In this document: one piece after another, positions 20,301-29,570 of the stretch
Layout: the number at the start of each line of letters is the position of its first letter
Position numbering within the stretch: the first letter of the stretch is position 1
NCBI GenBank assembly: GCA_964592075.1
Contig: CAZQDY010000004.1
Location: 16,527 to 80,526 of the forward strand
DNA length: 64,000 nt
Source: an uncultured Gaiellales bacterium
Lineage (GTDB): Bacteria > Actinomycetota > Thermoleophilia > RBG-16-64-13
Direction of reading: 5' to 3'
Notes under the pieces: generated by a model
What the model was told of the DNA's origin: nothing
Seen by the model: only the letters and a program-made list of their open reading frames with translations
Database searches by the model: none
Translations under genes and position numbers: made by a program

Positions 20301-21437
20301 TCAGAGGAGTCCGGCCACCGTGGTCAACGAGTACCCTTGCTGGAAGAGCCAATCGACCACCACCGGGATGGAAGCCACCGTGGCCGACCGGTTGTTGCCG
20401 CCGTCGTGCATGAGGATGATGGCCCCCGGCTTGGTCTCTGCCTTGACGTTGGCGAGGATGGCGCCGACCTCAGGGGTCTCCCAGTCACGCGTGTCCACCG
20501 TCCACAGCACCAGCCTGACCCCCAGGGACGCCGCCGCCGCGGTCACCTTCGCGTCGTAGGAACCGTAGGGCGGACGGAGGAAGCGTGATCCCCCGATGAC
20601 CTCATCCGTGCGCGATATCTGGCGCGTGATCTGCTCGGGGGTGAGCTTGGTGAGGATGGGATGATCCCAGGAATGGTTCTCCACCTCGTGACCGGCCGCC
20701 TTGATCTTCTCGATCATGGCCTTGTTGCCGGCCGCCGAGCTGCCGAGAACGAAGAAGGTTCCCGGTACGTGCTTCGCGGCGAGGGCGTCCAGGACCCCCT
20801 GGGTGAACTTGCCCGGGCCGTCGTCGAACGTGAGTGCGGCCAGCTTCTGTCCCGAGGCGGCCGTGGAGGTTCGCTCGAGCACGGCGTTCTGGGGGGCCGA
20901 GGTGGTGAAGACCGCCGCCTGCTTCCCGCTGGCGACCCCCTTGAAGAGTTCGCGCTCTCCGGGGACCCCGGGCTGGACCAGGCTGACGATCACCCCTTTT
21001 CCTTCCACCGAGGTCTCGTAGGGTATCTCGGCCGTGACCCGCTTGATGGCCTCGAGCGCGTGGTCGCCGTGACGGACCACGATCCGCGCGCCATCGGGAA
21101 GGATGCCGTCCGAGTCGAGAGGCCTGCCGCCCAGGGTGCGCTCGGCCGGGGCGCCGGCGCCCAGCGCGGTGACGTCGCCGGTGAGGTCCAGCGTAGAGCC
21201 GGGTCTGGTCAGCAGGCCTTTGAGCCCGGCAAGCTCGCTCACCTTGGTCTCAGCCGGCACGATGCGCGTGACGCCGTTGACCTGTACGAGGCTTCGCGTG
21301 TTCAGGTGGGCCGTCGGGGCGAGGAAGAAGGCTACCGCGGCCAGCAGCAGGGCCGCACCGCCGATAGTCGCTATCCGGCGGCTTCGGTCCGGGCGCCGCG
21401 CGCCGTGGCATTCTGTGCTGCTCGCTGTTGCCGGCAT
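20301..21437 (-). CDS. polysaccharide deacetylase (NodB homology domain) with N-terminal TM and extracellular domains
   Basis: NodB motifs LTFDDGP, HSWDHP, ILMHDGG. N-terminal TM helix. Confidence 0.75.
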   Translation of the reverse strand: MPATASSTECHGARRPDRSRRIATIGGAALLLAAVAFFLAPTAHLNTRSLVQVNGVTRIVPAETKVSELAGLKGLLTRPGSTLDLTGDVTALGAGAPAERTLGGRPLDSDGILPDGARIVVRHGDHALEAIKRVTAEIPYETSVEGKGVIVSLVQPGVPGERELFKGVASGKQAAVFTTSAPQNAVLERTSTAASGQKLAALTFDDGPGKFTQGVLDALAAKHVPGTFFVLGSSAAGNKAMIEKIKAAGHEVENHSWDHPILTKLTPEQITRQISRTDEVIGGSRFLRPPYGSYDAKVTAAAASLGVRLVLWTVDTRDWETPEVGAILANVKAETKPGAIILMHDGGNNRSATVASIPVVVDWLFQQGYSLTTVAGLL

Positions 21438-21498
21438 GGCGACATTATCCCATGTCCGGCCCGGCGGGCCCGCGGGCGCCCGCTGCGGGTACAGGCTT

Positions 21499-22965
21499 CT
21501 AGGCCTGCCAGCGCAGGATGGGATGGCGGGCCGCCTGCACCTCGTCGGGCCGGCTGACCACCGTGGTGTGAGGCGCCGTCCGTAGGATATCCGGGTCTTC
21601 GCGGGCCTCGTGGTCGATCTGCTGCATTGCCTCCACGAAGGAATCCAGTGCGCGCAGGTCCTCCGTCTCGGTGGGTTCCACCATCAGCGCCTCCGGGACG
21701 ATGAGCGGGAAGTAGATCGTCGGCGGGTGGATACCGAAATCCAGGAGACGTTTGGCGACGTCGCGGGCGGTGACGTCTTGCGCGAGGTGGGTCGTCGCCG
21801 ACGCCACGAACTCATGCATGCACGGTCCTTCGTGCGGCACGGGGTAGAGACCGCGCAGGCGGGCGCGGAGGTAATTGGCGCTCAGCACCGCGTCCTCACT
21901 GGCGCGGGTGAGGCCGTCGGCTCCCATCCGCAGGAGGTAGGTGTAGGCGCGGACGATCACGCTCACATTGCCGTAGAAACCCTTGACCCGGCCGATGCTG
22001 AGCGGGCGGTGGTGATCGAGAGCGAACGTGCCGTCGGTCTCCGACCTGTGGACCAGTGGCAGAGGGAGATAGGGAGCCAGGGCCGCGCTCGCCGCTACCG
22101 GTCCCGCCCCCGGGCCTCCACCTCCGTGCGGGGTGGAGAAGGTCTTGTGAAGGTTGAGATGCACCACGTCCATGCCCATGTCGCCCGGGCGGGCCTTTCC
22201 CATGATGGCGTTCAGGTTGGCGCCGTCGTAGTAGCAGAGGGCTCCGGCTTCGTGGGCGAGGCCGGAGATCTGCAGCACGTCCTCCTCGAACAGCCCCAGA
22301 GTGTTGGGGTTGGTCATCATGACGGCAGCCGTGCGCTCCGAGAGGTTGCTTCGCAAGGCCTCCACATCGATGAGCCCGCGTGGTGAGCTGGGTATCTCGA
22401 CAACGCGGTACCCGGCCATGGCGGCCGAGGCGAGGTTGGTGCCGTGCGCGGAGTCCGGGACGATCACGGTGTCGCGCTCGGTGCCGTCATGGTCCCGGTG
22501 GTAGGCCTTGATCATGAGGACGCCGGTAAGCTCGCCATGGGCTCCGGCGGCGGGTTGGAGCGTGGCGCGCCGGAGCCCCGTGATCTCCAGCAGCATCTGC
22601 TCGGTCTCGTACATCAGCCGGAGGATGCCCTGTATCTCGGACTGCGCCTGGTACGGATGCAGCTCGGCGAACCCCGGCAGCGCCGCCATCTCGTCGTTGA
22701 CCTTGGGGTTGTACTTCATCGTGCAGGAACCCAGCGGGTAGAAACCGGTATCGACGGAGTGGTTGAGCTGCGACAGGCGTGTGTAGTGCCGCACCACCTG
22801 GGGCTCGGCCAGCTCCGGCAGACGTGGCGGCGTCGTCCGCAGGGGCACCCCGGGCAGCAGCTTGGACACGTCCGTCTCGGGTACTCCGGCCGCGGGGAGG
22901 TCGACCGCCCGGTGTCCGGGCAGGCTCTTGTCGAAGATGAGGGGTTCGGTGCGGTCGAGGGTCAC
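21499..22965 (-). CDS. gcvPB: glycine dehydrogenase (decarboxylating) subunit 2
   Basis: PLP region HLNLHKTFSTPHGGGGPGAGP. 488 aa. Start overlaps the gcvPA stop. Confidence 0.9.
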   Translation of the reverse strand: MTLDRTEPLIFDKSLPGHRAVDLPAAGVPETDVSKLLPGVPLRTTPPRLPELAEPQVVRHYTRLSQLNHSVDTGFYPLGSCTMKYNPKVNDEMAALPGFAELHPYQAQSEIQGILRLMYETEQMLLEITGLRRATLQPAAGAHGELTGVLMIKAYHRDHDGTERDTVIVPDSAHGTNLASAAMAGYRVVEIPSSPRGLIDVEALRSNLSERTAAVMMTNPNTLGLFEEDVLQISGLAHEAGALCYYDGANLNAIMGKARPGDMGMDVVHLNLHKTFSTPHGGGGPGAGPVAASAALAPYLPLPLVHRSETDGTFALDHHRPLSIGRVKGFYGNVSVIVRAYTYLLRMGADGLTRASEDAVLSANYLRARLRGLYPVPHEGPCMHEFVASATTHLAQDVTARDVAKRLLDFGIHPPTIYFPLIVPEALMVEPTETEDLRALDSFVEAMQQIDHEAREDPDILRTAPHTTVVSRPDEVQAARHPILRWQA

Positions 22966-24374
22966 GGCGTGCGATCCCCGGGTGTCAGGACGGCGAGGGT
23001 CTCCCGTGCGGCTGCGACATAGCGATCGAGGGCTTCAGGTGTGTTGATCTCGGTGACCGCCACCAGCAAAACGTGCTCCGGCAGGACTCCTCCCGGTGGC
23101 GTTCCGGCGCCGGACCGGATGGCGTCCGTCCCGAGCAGCAGCCGCGTCAACGGCACGCCGGGGTCCACACCATGCTCGCGCATGGCCTGGGCGAAATCGG
23201 CGGCCGGGCAGGGGAGAGTGAGAGCGAACTCGAGGAAGAACGGTCCTGTGACGAAAGGTCGGACTCCGGGCAGCGCGCAAAGGGCCGCATGGAGGTGGTG
23301 GGCGCGCTTCAGGCAGATCTCACCGCGCTCGCGGAGGCCGTCGGGGCCGAGCAGCGCCAAGTGGACGGTGGCCGCCAGAGCGCTCAGGGCCTGGTTGGAG
23401 CAGATGCTGGAAGTCGCCTTGGCCCTACGGATGTGCTGCTCGCGGGCCTGCAGGGTGAGCGTGTAGCAGCGGCGCCCTTCGGAGTCGGTGGTCTGTCCCA
23501 CGAGGCGCCCTGGGATCTGGCGGATGTGTGCCGTCCCGCAGGCCATGAACCCCGCCGAGGGACCGCCGAACGACGGCGCGTTGCCGAACACCTGCACGTC
23601 ACCGGCGACGATGTCGGCGCCGAGCCTGCCGGGAGGCTCGAGGACTCCCAGGGTCGAAGGGTTGACCGACACCACGAGGAGCGCGCCGGCCGCATGAGCC
23701 GCCTCAGCCAGCGCCGGGATGTCTTCCACCACTCCCAGGAAGTTGGGCTGCTGTACGAGGACTGCTCCGATGGCCGGTGAGAGCGATGCGCAGTCGAAGA
23801 CCGTGGTGCCTGTCAGAGCGTCAAGAGGCAGGCGATGCACCGGAAAGCCTGGGCCTCCGGCATACGTGTCGACCACTCGCGCGGTCTCCGGATGCACCCC
23901 CTGGGACACCAGGATCTCCTCCCGCCGGGTGAGACGCAGAGCCATGAAGGCCGCCTCGGCTAAGGCCGAGGGCCCGTCATACAGTGAAGCGTTGGCCACA
24001 TCGAGCCCGGTCAGCTCGCAGACGCAGGTCTGGAACTCGAAGATATGCTGCAGCGTGCCCTGGCTGACCTCGGGCTGGTACGGGGTGTAGGCGGTAGCGA
24101 ACTCTCCCCGGGACACCAGGGCCCGGACGGCCGCCGGCACGAAGTGGCGGTAGCAGCCGGCCCCGAGGAACGACGCCGAGTCCGGGGTGGTGTCCGCGGC
24201 AGACAATGCCTCCACCCTCGTTCTCGTCTCGAGCTCTGTGAGCCCCGCCGGGAGGTCCAATCTAACTTGGCGAATAGCGGGGGGTATGGAAGAGAAGAGC
24301 TCGTCGACGTGGGAGACCCCGACCGCCTCGAGAAGGCGGCGGCGGTCGTCGTCGGTATGCACCGGTAGGCTCAT
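22962..24374 (-). CDS. gcvPA: glycine dehydrogenase (decarboxylating) subunit 1
   Basis: 470 aa. Typical split P-protein N-terminal subunit (GLTELETRTRVEALSA..., YTPYQPEVSQG). Confidence 0.9.
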   Translation of the reverse strand: MSLPVHTDDDRRRLLEAVGVSHVDELFSSIPPAIRQVRLDLPAGLTELETRTRVEALSAADTTPDSASFLGAGCYRHFVPAAVRALVSRGEFATAYTPYQPEVSQGTLQHIFEFQTCVCELTGLDVANASLYDGPSALAEAAFMALRLTRREEILVSQGVHPETARVVDTYAGGPGFPVHRLPLDALTGTTVFDCASLSPAIGAVLVQQPNFLGVVEDIPALAEAAHAAGALLVVSVNPSTLGVLEPPGRLGADIVAGDVQVFGNAPSFGGPSAGFMACGTAHIRQIPGRLVGQTTDSEGRRCYTLTLQAREQHIRRAKATSSICSNQALSALAATVHLALLGPDGLRERGEICLKRAHHLHAALCALPGVRPFVTGPFFLEFALTLPCPAADFAQAMREHGVDPGVPLTRLLLGTDAIRSGAGTPPGGVLPEHVLLVAVTEINTPEALDRYVAAARETLAVLTPGDRTP

Positions 24375-24480
24375 GGGCGTCTATGTTAGCGCGTCTGTGC
24401 CCGCGAGTAGTGTCTGGAGCGAGGACAGACCTGTGCTACCATATTTGCCGCGCGTTTGGTAAAGCAATTGTGAGGTCGGC

Positions 24481-25926
24481 GTGCGCATCACCCTGATTGA
24501 ACCTGCTGCCCCGGGCTTCCACGTATACAGCTTCGTCAAGCAGATCCGCATGGGTCTACCTCTTCTCGGAGCCTTGATGACCGCCCGTGGGCATGAGGTG
24601 CGGATCTACGCCGAGAGCCTGAGCGAGGTCGACTGGGACGACGTCCTCAAGTCCGACCTGGTGGGCATCTCCACCACCACGTCCACCGTCATCCGGGCCT
24701 ACCGGTATGCCCAGAAGGTCCGGGACGCGGGCATCCCGGTGGTCATGGGAGGGCCGCATGTCACGTTCCTGGCCGAAGAGGCGATGGATTTCTGCGACTA
24801 CGTCGTGCGCAACGAGGGCGAGGAGACTCTGGTCGAGCTCGTCGATCATCTGCAGGGGCGCGGGTCACTGGAGAACATCCTGGGGCTGACCTACCGGGCT
24901 GCGAATGGCGAGGTGGTGCACAACGCCGCCCGGCCGCTGCTCGACTCCCTGACCGAACTGCCGTGGCCCGATATGAGTCTGGTGGTGAACGGCGGCAAGG
25001 TGAGCCCCGCCCCCGTACTGGCTTCTCGAGGCTGCCCGTACGGTTGTGAGTTCTGCTCCGTGGTGTTGATGTTCGGGCGCAGGGTGCGGACCGTGGAACC
25101 GGTTGAGATCGTCAAGCACATCAAGCGGATGAAACCGCATAAGGTCTTCTTCTACGACGACAACTTCTTCATCAGCAAACGTAGGGGCAGGGAACTGCTG
25201 ACTGAGATGATAAAGCAGCGGCTCGACGTGCCGTTCTTCGCTCAGATCAGGGTGGATTCGGTCTATAAGAACGGTCAGAAGGACACCGAACTGCTCGACC
25301 TCTTGTGGAACGCGGGCTGTCGCATCGTCTACCTGGGCCTGGAGTCAGCCAATCCCGAGACTCTCAAGGAATACCACAAGGAATCAAGCATCGACGACAT
25401 GGCCGGGGGCCTGGAAGCGCTGCATCAAAGGGGGATCAAGACTCACGGCATGTTCGTGTTCGGCGCCGACTCGGATACTCCCGAATCCCTGCAGAAGACG
25501 GCGGAGTTCGCGGTGGACTACGGGCTCAACAGCGCCCAGTTCCTCATCCTCACCCCCCTTCCCGGCACCAGGCAGACCGCCCAACTCGAGACTGAGGGCC
25601 GGATCTTCACGAAGAACTACAGCTTGTACGATGGTCATCACGTGGTGCACTGGCCCAAGCAGATGACCCCGTACGAGTTGCAGGAGGCCGCGCTCAGCGC
25701 ACACAAACGCTTCTACACCGCCCGGCGCATTCTCAACCCTAGGCCCAAGACTCCCATGTATCACAAGCACCAGGTGGAGGGGTATCTGATGAGTAGGGCT
25801 TGGGAGCACGTCCGGGAGAACCGAGAGTACCTGCGCGAGCTGAAGGAGTACTGTGACTCGCAGTATCCTCCCGCGTCCACGGGCCGCGTCTTCAGGCATT
25901 CGGACTTCGAGACCGTCACGCAGTAG
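24481..25926 (+). CDS. B12-binding domain radical SAM enzyme (class B), function unknown
   Basis: N-terminal cobalamin-binding-like domain, then radical SAM cluster motif ASRGCPYGCEFC (Cx3Cx2C). GTG start with GAGG RBS. Confidence 0.8.
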   Translation: MRITLIEPAAPGFHVYSFVKQIRMGLPLLGALMTARGHEVRIYAESLSEVDWDDVLKSDLVGISTTTSTVIRAYRYAQKVRDAGIPVVMGGPHVTFLAEEAMDFCDYVVRNEGEETLVELVDHLQGRGSLENILGLTYRAANGEVVHNAARPLLDSLTELPWPDMSLVVNGGKVSPAPVLASRGCPYGCEFCSVVLMFGRRVRTVEPVEIVKHIKRMKPHKVFFYDDNFFISKRRGRELLTEMIKQRLDVPFFAQIRVDSVYKNGQKDTELLDLLWNAGCRIVYLGLESANPETLKEYHKESSIDDMAGGLEALHQRGIKTHGMFVFGADSDTPESLQKTAEFAVDYGLNSAQFLILTPLPGTRQTAQLETEGRIFTKNYSLYDGHHVVHWPKQMTPYELQEAALSAHKRFYTARRILNPRPKTPMYHKHQVEGYLMSRAWEHVRENREYLRELKEYCDSQYPPASTGRVFRHSDFETVTQ

Positions 25927-26036
25927 CCGTCCGCCCGGCAGGTCCTGCTTGCGCGCAGAGGATTTCCTGCACCCTTTGCGAAAGAGCTATCTAATACTGT
26001 TCGGCTCGGTGAAACGACAGATGCAGGGGAGATAGC

Positions 26037-26795
26037 TTGGCCAAGGTCGTGGCCTTCACGAATCAGAAGGGTGGAGTGGCGAAGACCACCACCACCCTCA
26101 ATCTCGGTGTGGCTTTGCAGGAGATGGGCCACCGCGTACTTGCGGTCGACCTGGATCCCCAGGGCAACCTCACCATGAGCCTTGGGCTGAACCCCGACTC
26201 CGTCAGGCCCAGCATGTACGACGTGCTCGTGAACGGGGTGAGCATCGAGAAGGCTCTGTTCCACCAGGAGCTCGACATCGCCGTCGCCAGTATCGACCTG
26301 GCCGCGGTGGAGATCGCCCTCAGCTCGCTGATCGGGCGGGAAAGGGCCCTCAGCAAGGCTCTCATGCAGGTGCAGGACAAGTACGACTACATCCTTATTG
26401 ACACGCCGCCTTCATTGGGACTGCTCACCATCAACGCACTCACGGCGTCCGACGCGCTCATAGTCCCCGTGCAGTGTGAGTATCTCTCCCTCCGCGGGCT
26501 GGCGCAGTTGGAGCGCACTCTCGAACTGGTGCGGGAGAACCTGAATCCCGACGTGCACATTGCCGGGATCGTGCCGACTATGTACGATGCACGCACGGTC
26601 CACGGGCGGGAGGCCGTCGAGGTGCTCAGAAACAGCTTCGGAGATCTGGTCTTCCAGACCACCATCAACAAGACCATCAGGTTCGCCGAGGCTCCCGTCA
26701 AAGGAGAATCGGTGTTGAAGTACGCGCCGGATAGTCAGGCTGCCAAAGCATATCGCCAGCTTGCGAGAGAGGTGCTCGATGGAAAAAAGATCTAG
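26037..26795 (+). CDS. ParA/Soj/MinD-superfamily P-loop ATPase (no parB partner nearby)
   Basis: Deviant Walker A NQKGGVAKTTTTLNLGVAL...VDLDPQGN. YDYILIDTPPSLGLLTINAL. TTG start with GGGGAG RBS. Stop is 1 nt before the ftsZ ATG. Confidence 0.85.
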   Translation: MAKVVAFTNQKGGVAKTTTTLNLGVALQEMGHRVLAVDLDPQGNLTMSLGLNPDSVRPSMYDVLVNGVSIEKALFHQELDIAVASIDLAAVEIALSSLIGRERALSKALMQVQDKYDYILIDTPPSLGLLTINALTASDALIVPVQCEYLSLRGLAQLERTLELVRENLNPDVHIAGIVPTMYDARTVHGREAVEVLRNSFGDLVFQTTINKTIRFAEAPVKGESVLKYAPDSQAAKAYRQLAREVLDGKKI

Positions 26796-26796
26796 C

Positions 26797-28176
26797 ATGA
26801 AGGACAGCGGCCTCAGCTCTCTCTTCAGGGCGACGGAGGCGGCACGGCCGGTGGCAGAGGAGCCCACACCCGGTATGCCGGAGACCGAGCAGGCTCCGGT
26901 CCAACCCGAGCCCGAACCGGCGCCTGAGCCCGTCGGCCAGACTGAAGAGTCCGGCGGCCCGGCGGAAGAGGAGATCCCGGTCGACGAGCCGCGTCCGGCG
27001 GATACCCTGTTCGGTTCCGCCGCGCCGACCGATGCCGGGCGCCGCACGCTCATACCGCCCTCGCGAAGCTTCCCGGCCGTCATCAGGGTGGTCGGTGTGG
27101 GGGGCGCGGGGACCAACGCCATCAACCGCATGCTCGAAGCGGGGCTCGAGGGTGTGGAGTTCATCGCCGTCAACACCGACGCTCAGGCTCTCGCCATGTG
27201 CGACGCCGACCACAAGCTCCGCATCGGCAAGGACCTGACCAAGGGATTGGGCGGGGGATCCGACCCCAAGGTGGGGCGCGATGCTGCGCTGGCGGCTTAT
27301 GACGAGATCAAGAACGTCCTTCGGGGCAGCGACATGGTATTCATCACAGCCGGGGAAGGAGGCGGCACCGGGACCGGTGCCGCGCCGGTGGTGGCCGAGA
27401 TCGCCCGGTCCCTGGGGGCGCTGACCATAGGCGTGGTGTCGCGACCCTTCTCCTTCGAAGGCAAGCGGCGGGGTCTGCAGGCCCTGGAGGGGGCGCGACA
27501 GCTCAAACAGCGGGCCGACACGGTCATCGTGGTGCCGAACGACAAACTGCTCGAGGTGGCCGACCGGAACACGACCATGGTCGCCGCGTTGCGCCTGGCG
27601 GACGACGTGCTGAGGCAGGGAGTGCAGGGTATCTGCGACCTGGTCACCGTGCCGGGTTTGATCAATCTGGACCTGGCCGACGTGCGGACCATCATGAGCG
27701 GAGCCGGCACCGCGCACATGGGCATCGGCAACGCCCACGGCGAAGGCCGGGCCAAGAGAGCCGCCGAGATGGCCCTCAACTCGTCCCTGCTCGAGACCTC
27801 CATCGACGGCGCCCGCGGCATCCTCCTCAACATCAGCGGGGGCTCCGAGATGTCCCTGCACGAGATCAACGAGGTGGCGGAGACAGTGAGCGAGGCCGCC
27901 GAGCCCGAAGCCAACATCATCTTCGGCGCAGTGGTGGACGAATCGCTGGGAGACAGCCTCTGGGTGACGGTGGTGGCGACCGGCTTCGACGCGACCAGTG
28001 AGGACGTGCTCACCGCCCAGGTGGAAGAAGCGACCAGGCATGACCGCTCCGGGGAGCACCCCGCCCGGGAGGCTCCCGTGGCGGAGCCGGCGGAAGAGGA
28101 GTTCCAGGGGACTCCTCGGACGACGAGCACCGGGCCCGACGACGACGAGCTCGAGGTCCCGCAGTTCCTACGCTAG
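26797..28176 (+). CDS. ftsZ: FtsZ with ~100-aa Pro/Glu-rich disordered N-terminal extension
   Basis: Canonical FtsZ core: VVGVGGAGTNAINRM, tubulin signature GEGGGTGTGAAPVVAEIA, T7 loop NLDLADVRTIM, C-terminal conserved peptide DDELEVPQFLR. ATG at 26797 follows the parA-like stop (TAG-c-ATG). The ORF track extends to 26761, overlapping parA. Confidence 0.85.
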   Translation: MKDSGLSSLFRATEAARPVAEEPTPGMPETEQAPVQPEPEPAPEPVGQTEESGGPAEEEIPVDEPRPADTLFGSAAPTDAGRRTLIPPSRSFPAVIRVVGVGGAGTNAINRMLEAGLEGVEFIAVNTDAQALAMCDADHKLRIGKDLTKGLGGGSDPKVGRDAALAAYDEIKNVLRGSDMVFITAGEGGGTGTGAAPVVAEIARSLGALTIGVVSRPFSFEGKRRGLQALEGARQLKQRADTVIVVPNDKLLEVADRNTTMVAALRLADDVLRQGVQGICDLVTVPGLINLDLADVRTIMSGAGTAHMGIGNAHGEGRAKRAAEMALNSSLLETSIDGARGILLNISGGSEMSLHEINEVAETVSEAAEPEANIIFGAVVDESLGDSLWVTVVATGFDATSEDVLTAQVEEATRHDRSGEHPAREAPVAEPAEEEFQGTPRTTSTGPDDDELEVPQFLR

Positions 28177-28635
28177 ACCGGGCGGATCGGCGCGCAGGTC
28201 GCGCTCGAAGTACAGGCAGCTCTTCTCAGCGAGGCCCAGGCTGCGATAGAAGGTGTGCGCGTCCAGGTTCCAGTACTCGGCCAGGAGGTAGAGCCTGGAG
28301 CAGCCCCTGGCCCGGGCGACCTCCTCGGCCGCGCGCAGGAGCCCCCGGCCCACCTCGGCTCGACGATGATCCTGGGCGACCACCACGTCTTGGAGTTCGC
28401 ACACGGGCGCTGCCGACCAGGTGCTCTCTGAGAAGACCAGGGCGCACATGCCCACCAGGGCATCTTCGTCTTCAGCCACCAGGAACATGTGATTGGATGC
28501 GGCTATGATGGTGGACACGACGGCGCTCAGACGCCCGGGTTCGGGGGGGACGACCCCGTGATGCTCCATGATCTCCTCGAGCAGCGCGAGGAGGCCGGGG
28601 ACATCTGATGGAACGGCTTGCCGGTGGTTGATCAT
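28168..28635 (-). CDS. GNAT family N-acetyltransferase
   Basis: Acetyl-CoA-binding motif region QDHRRAEVGRGLLRAAEE...RLYLL. 155 aa. Confidence 0.75.
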   Translation of the reverse strand: MINHRQAVPSDVPGLLALLEEIMEHHGVVPPEPGRLSAVVSTIIAASNHMFLVAEDEDALVGMCALVFSESTWSAAPVCELQDVVVAQDHRRAEVGRGLLRAAEEVARARGCSRLYLLAEYWNLDAHTFYRSLGLAEKSCLYFERDLRADPPGLA

Positions 28636-28676
28636 CGAAGCGAGGTTAGCAGATGGACACTGAGATGCTCGGGAGG

Positions 28677-29570
28677 ATGCCGGAAGAAGTACTGTACCTG
28701 AACGGGGCGTTCATGCCTCTCTCGGAGGGGCGCATTGGGGTGGAGGACCGCGGCTTCGAGCTCGGCGACGGCGTCTACGAGGTCATCAAGGTCATGAACG
28801 GACGTCTCGTCTGGCTCGACGACCATCTGGAGAGACTGTCCCGGAGCCTGGCGGAGGTCAGACTGTCCGAGGCCCTCCGGGATCACGCGCTCGCCTCCGC
28901 GCTCCCCGAGTTGGTGAGGCGCTCCGGCGTGGAGCAGGGCATGGTCTACATCCAGGTGACCCGCGGACTCGCTCCTAGGGAGTTCGTGTTCCCGCATCCC
29001 CCGCATCCCACGGTCCTGGCCTACGCTCGGAGCAAGCCGGCGCCGACGGTCGAGACCATCCGGGGAGGCATCGTGCTTCACGCCGTCGGCGATCAACGCT
29101 GGGCCCGGTGCGACATCAAGTCCACCAACCTGCTGGCGGCGGTGCTTGCCAAGGAGGAGGCTCGTGAGGCGGGTGCTCACGAAGCCTTGTTCATGGCGCC
29201 TGACGGGCTGGTGCGGGAGGGAGGATCGTCGAACGTGTTCGCCGTGATGGACGGCGTGGTCCGCACCCATCCTCTGAACAACCGCATCCTCGGGGGGATC
29301 ACGCGTAAGCACGTGATCGAGATGGCCCGCGACCGGGGCTACGCCGTGGAGGAGCGGGCCTTCGCCCTTGACGAAGTGCTGTCTCCCGGTGGGGCCGGGC
29401 GTGAGCTCTTTGTGGCCGCCACTCTGGTGGACATCATGCCCGTGGTGCGGGTGGACGACCGCGTCGTCGCCGATGGGCGGCCGGGCCCGGTCACTTTGAC
29501 CCTGCTCGACGCTCTGCGGCACGAGCAGGCCCTCTTGGTGGGCCTGCAGCCCCCGCCCGCATTGCTTTGA
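28677..29570 (+). CDS. class IV aminotransferase (branched-chain / D-amino-acid aminotransferase family)
   Basis: Fold-type IV motifs: YLNGAFMPLSEGRIGVEDRGFELGDGVYEV, NLLAAVLAKEEAREAGAHEALF, GSSNVF. Start at MPEEV preferred over 28653. Confidence 0.75.
   Translation: MPEEVLYLNGAFMPLSEGRIGVEDRGFELGDGVYEVIKVMNGRLVWLDDHLERLSRSLAEVRLSEALRDHALASALPELVRRSGVEQGMVYIQVTRGLAPREFVFPHPPHPTVLAYARSKPAPTVETIRGGIVLHAVGDQRWARCDIKSTNLLAAVLAKEEAREAGAHEALFMAPDGLVREGGSSNVFAVMDGVVRTHPLNNRILGGITRKHVIEMARDRGYAVEERAFALDEVLSPGGAGRELFVAATLVDIMPVVRVDDRVVADGRPGPVTLTLLDALRHEQALLVGLQPPPALL

Noticed and set aside
24375-24480. Possible glycine riboswitch in the 106-nt leader upstream of gcvPA (minus strand)
   Set aside because: The reverse-complement leader lacks the conserved GGAGAG/ACCG aptamer cores. 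It is also too short for a tandem glycine riboswitch. gcvT is not in this operon.
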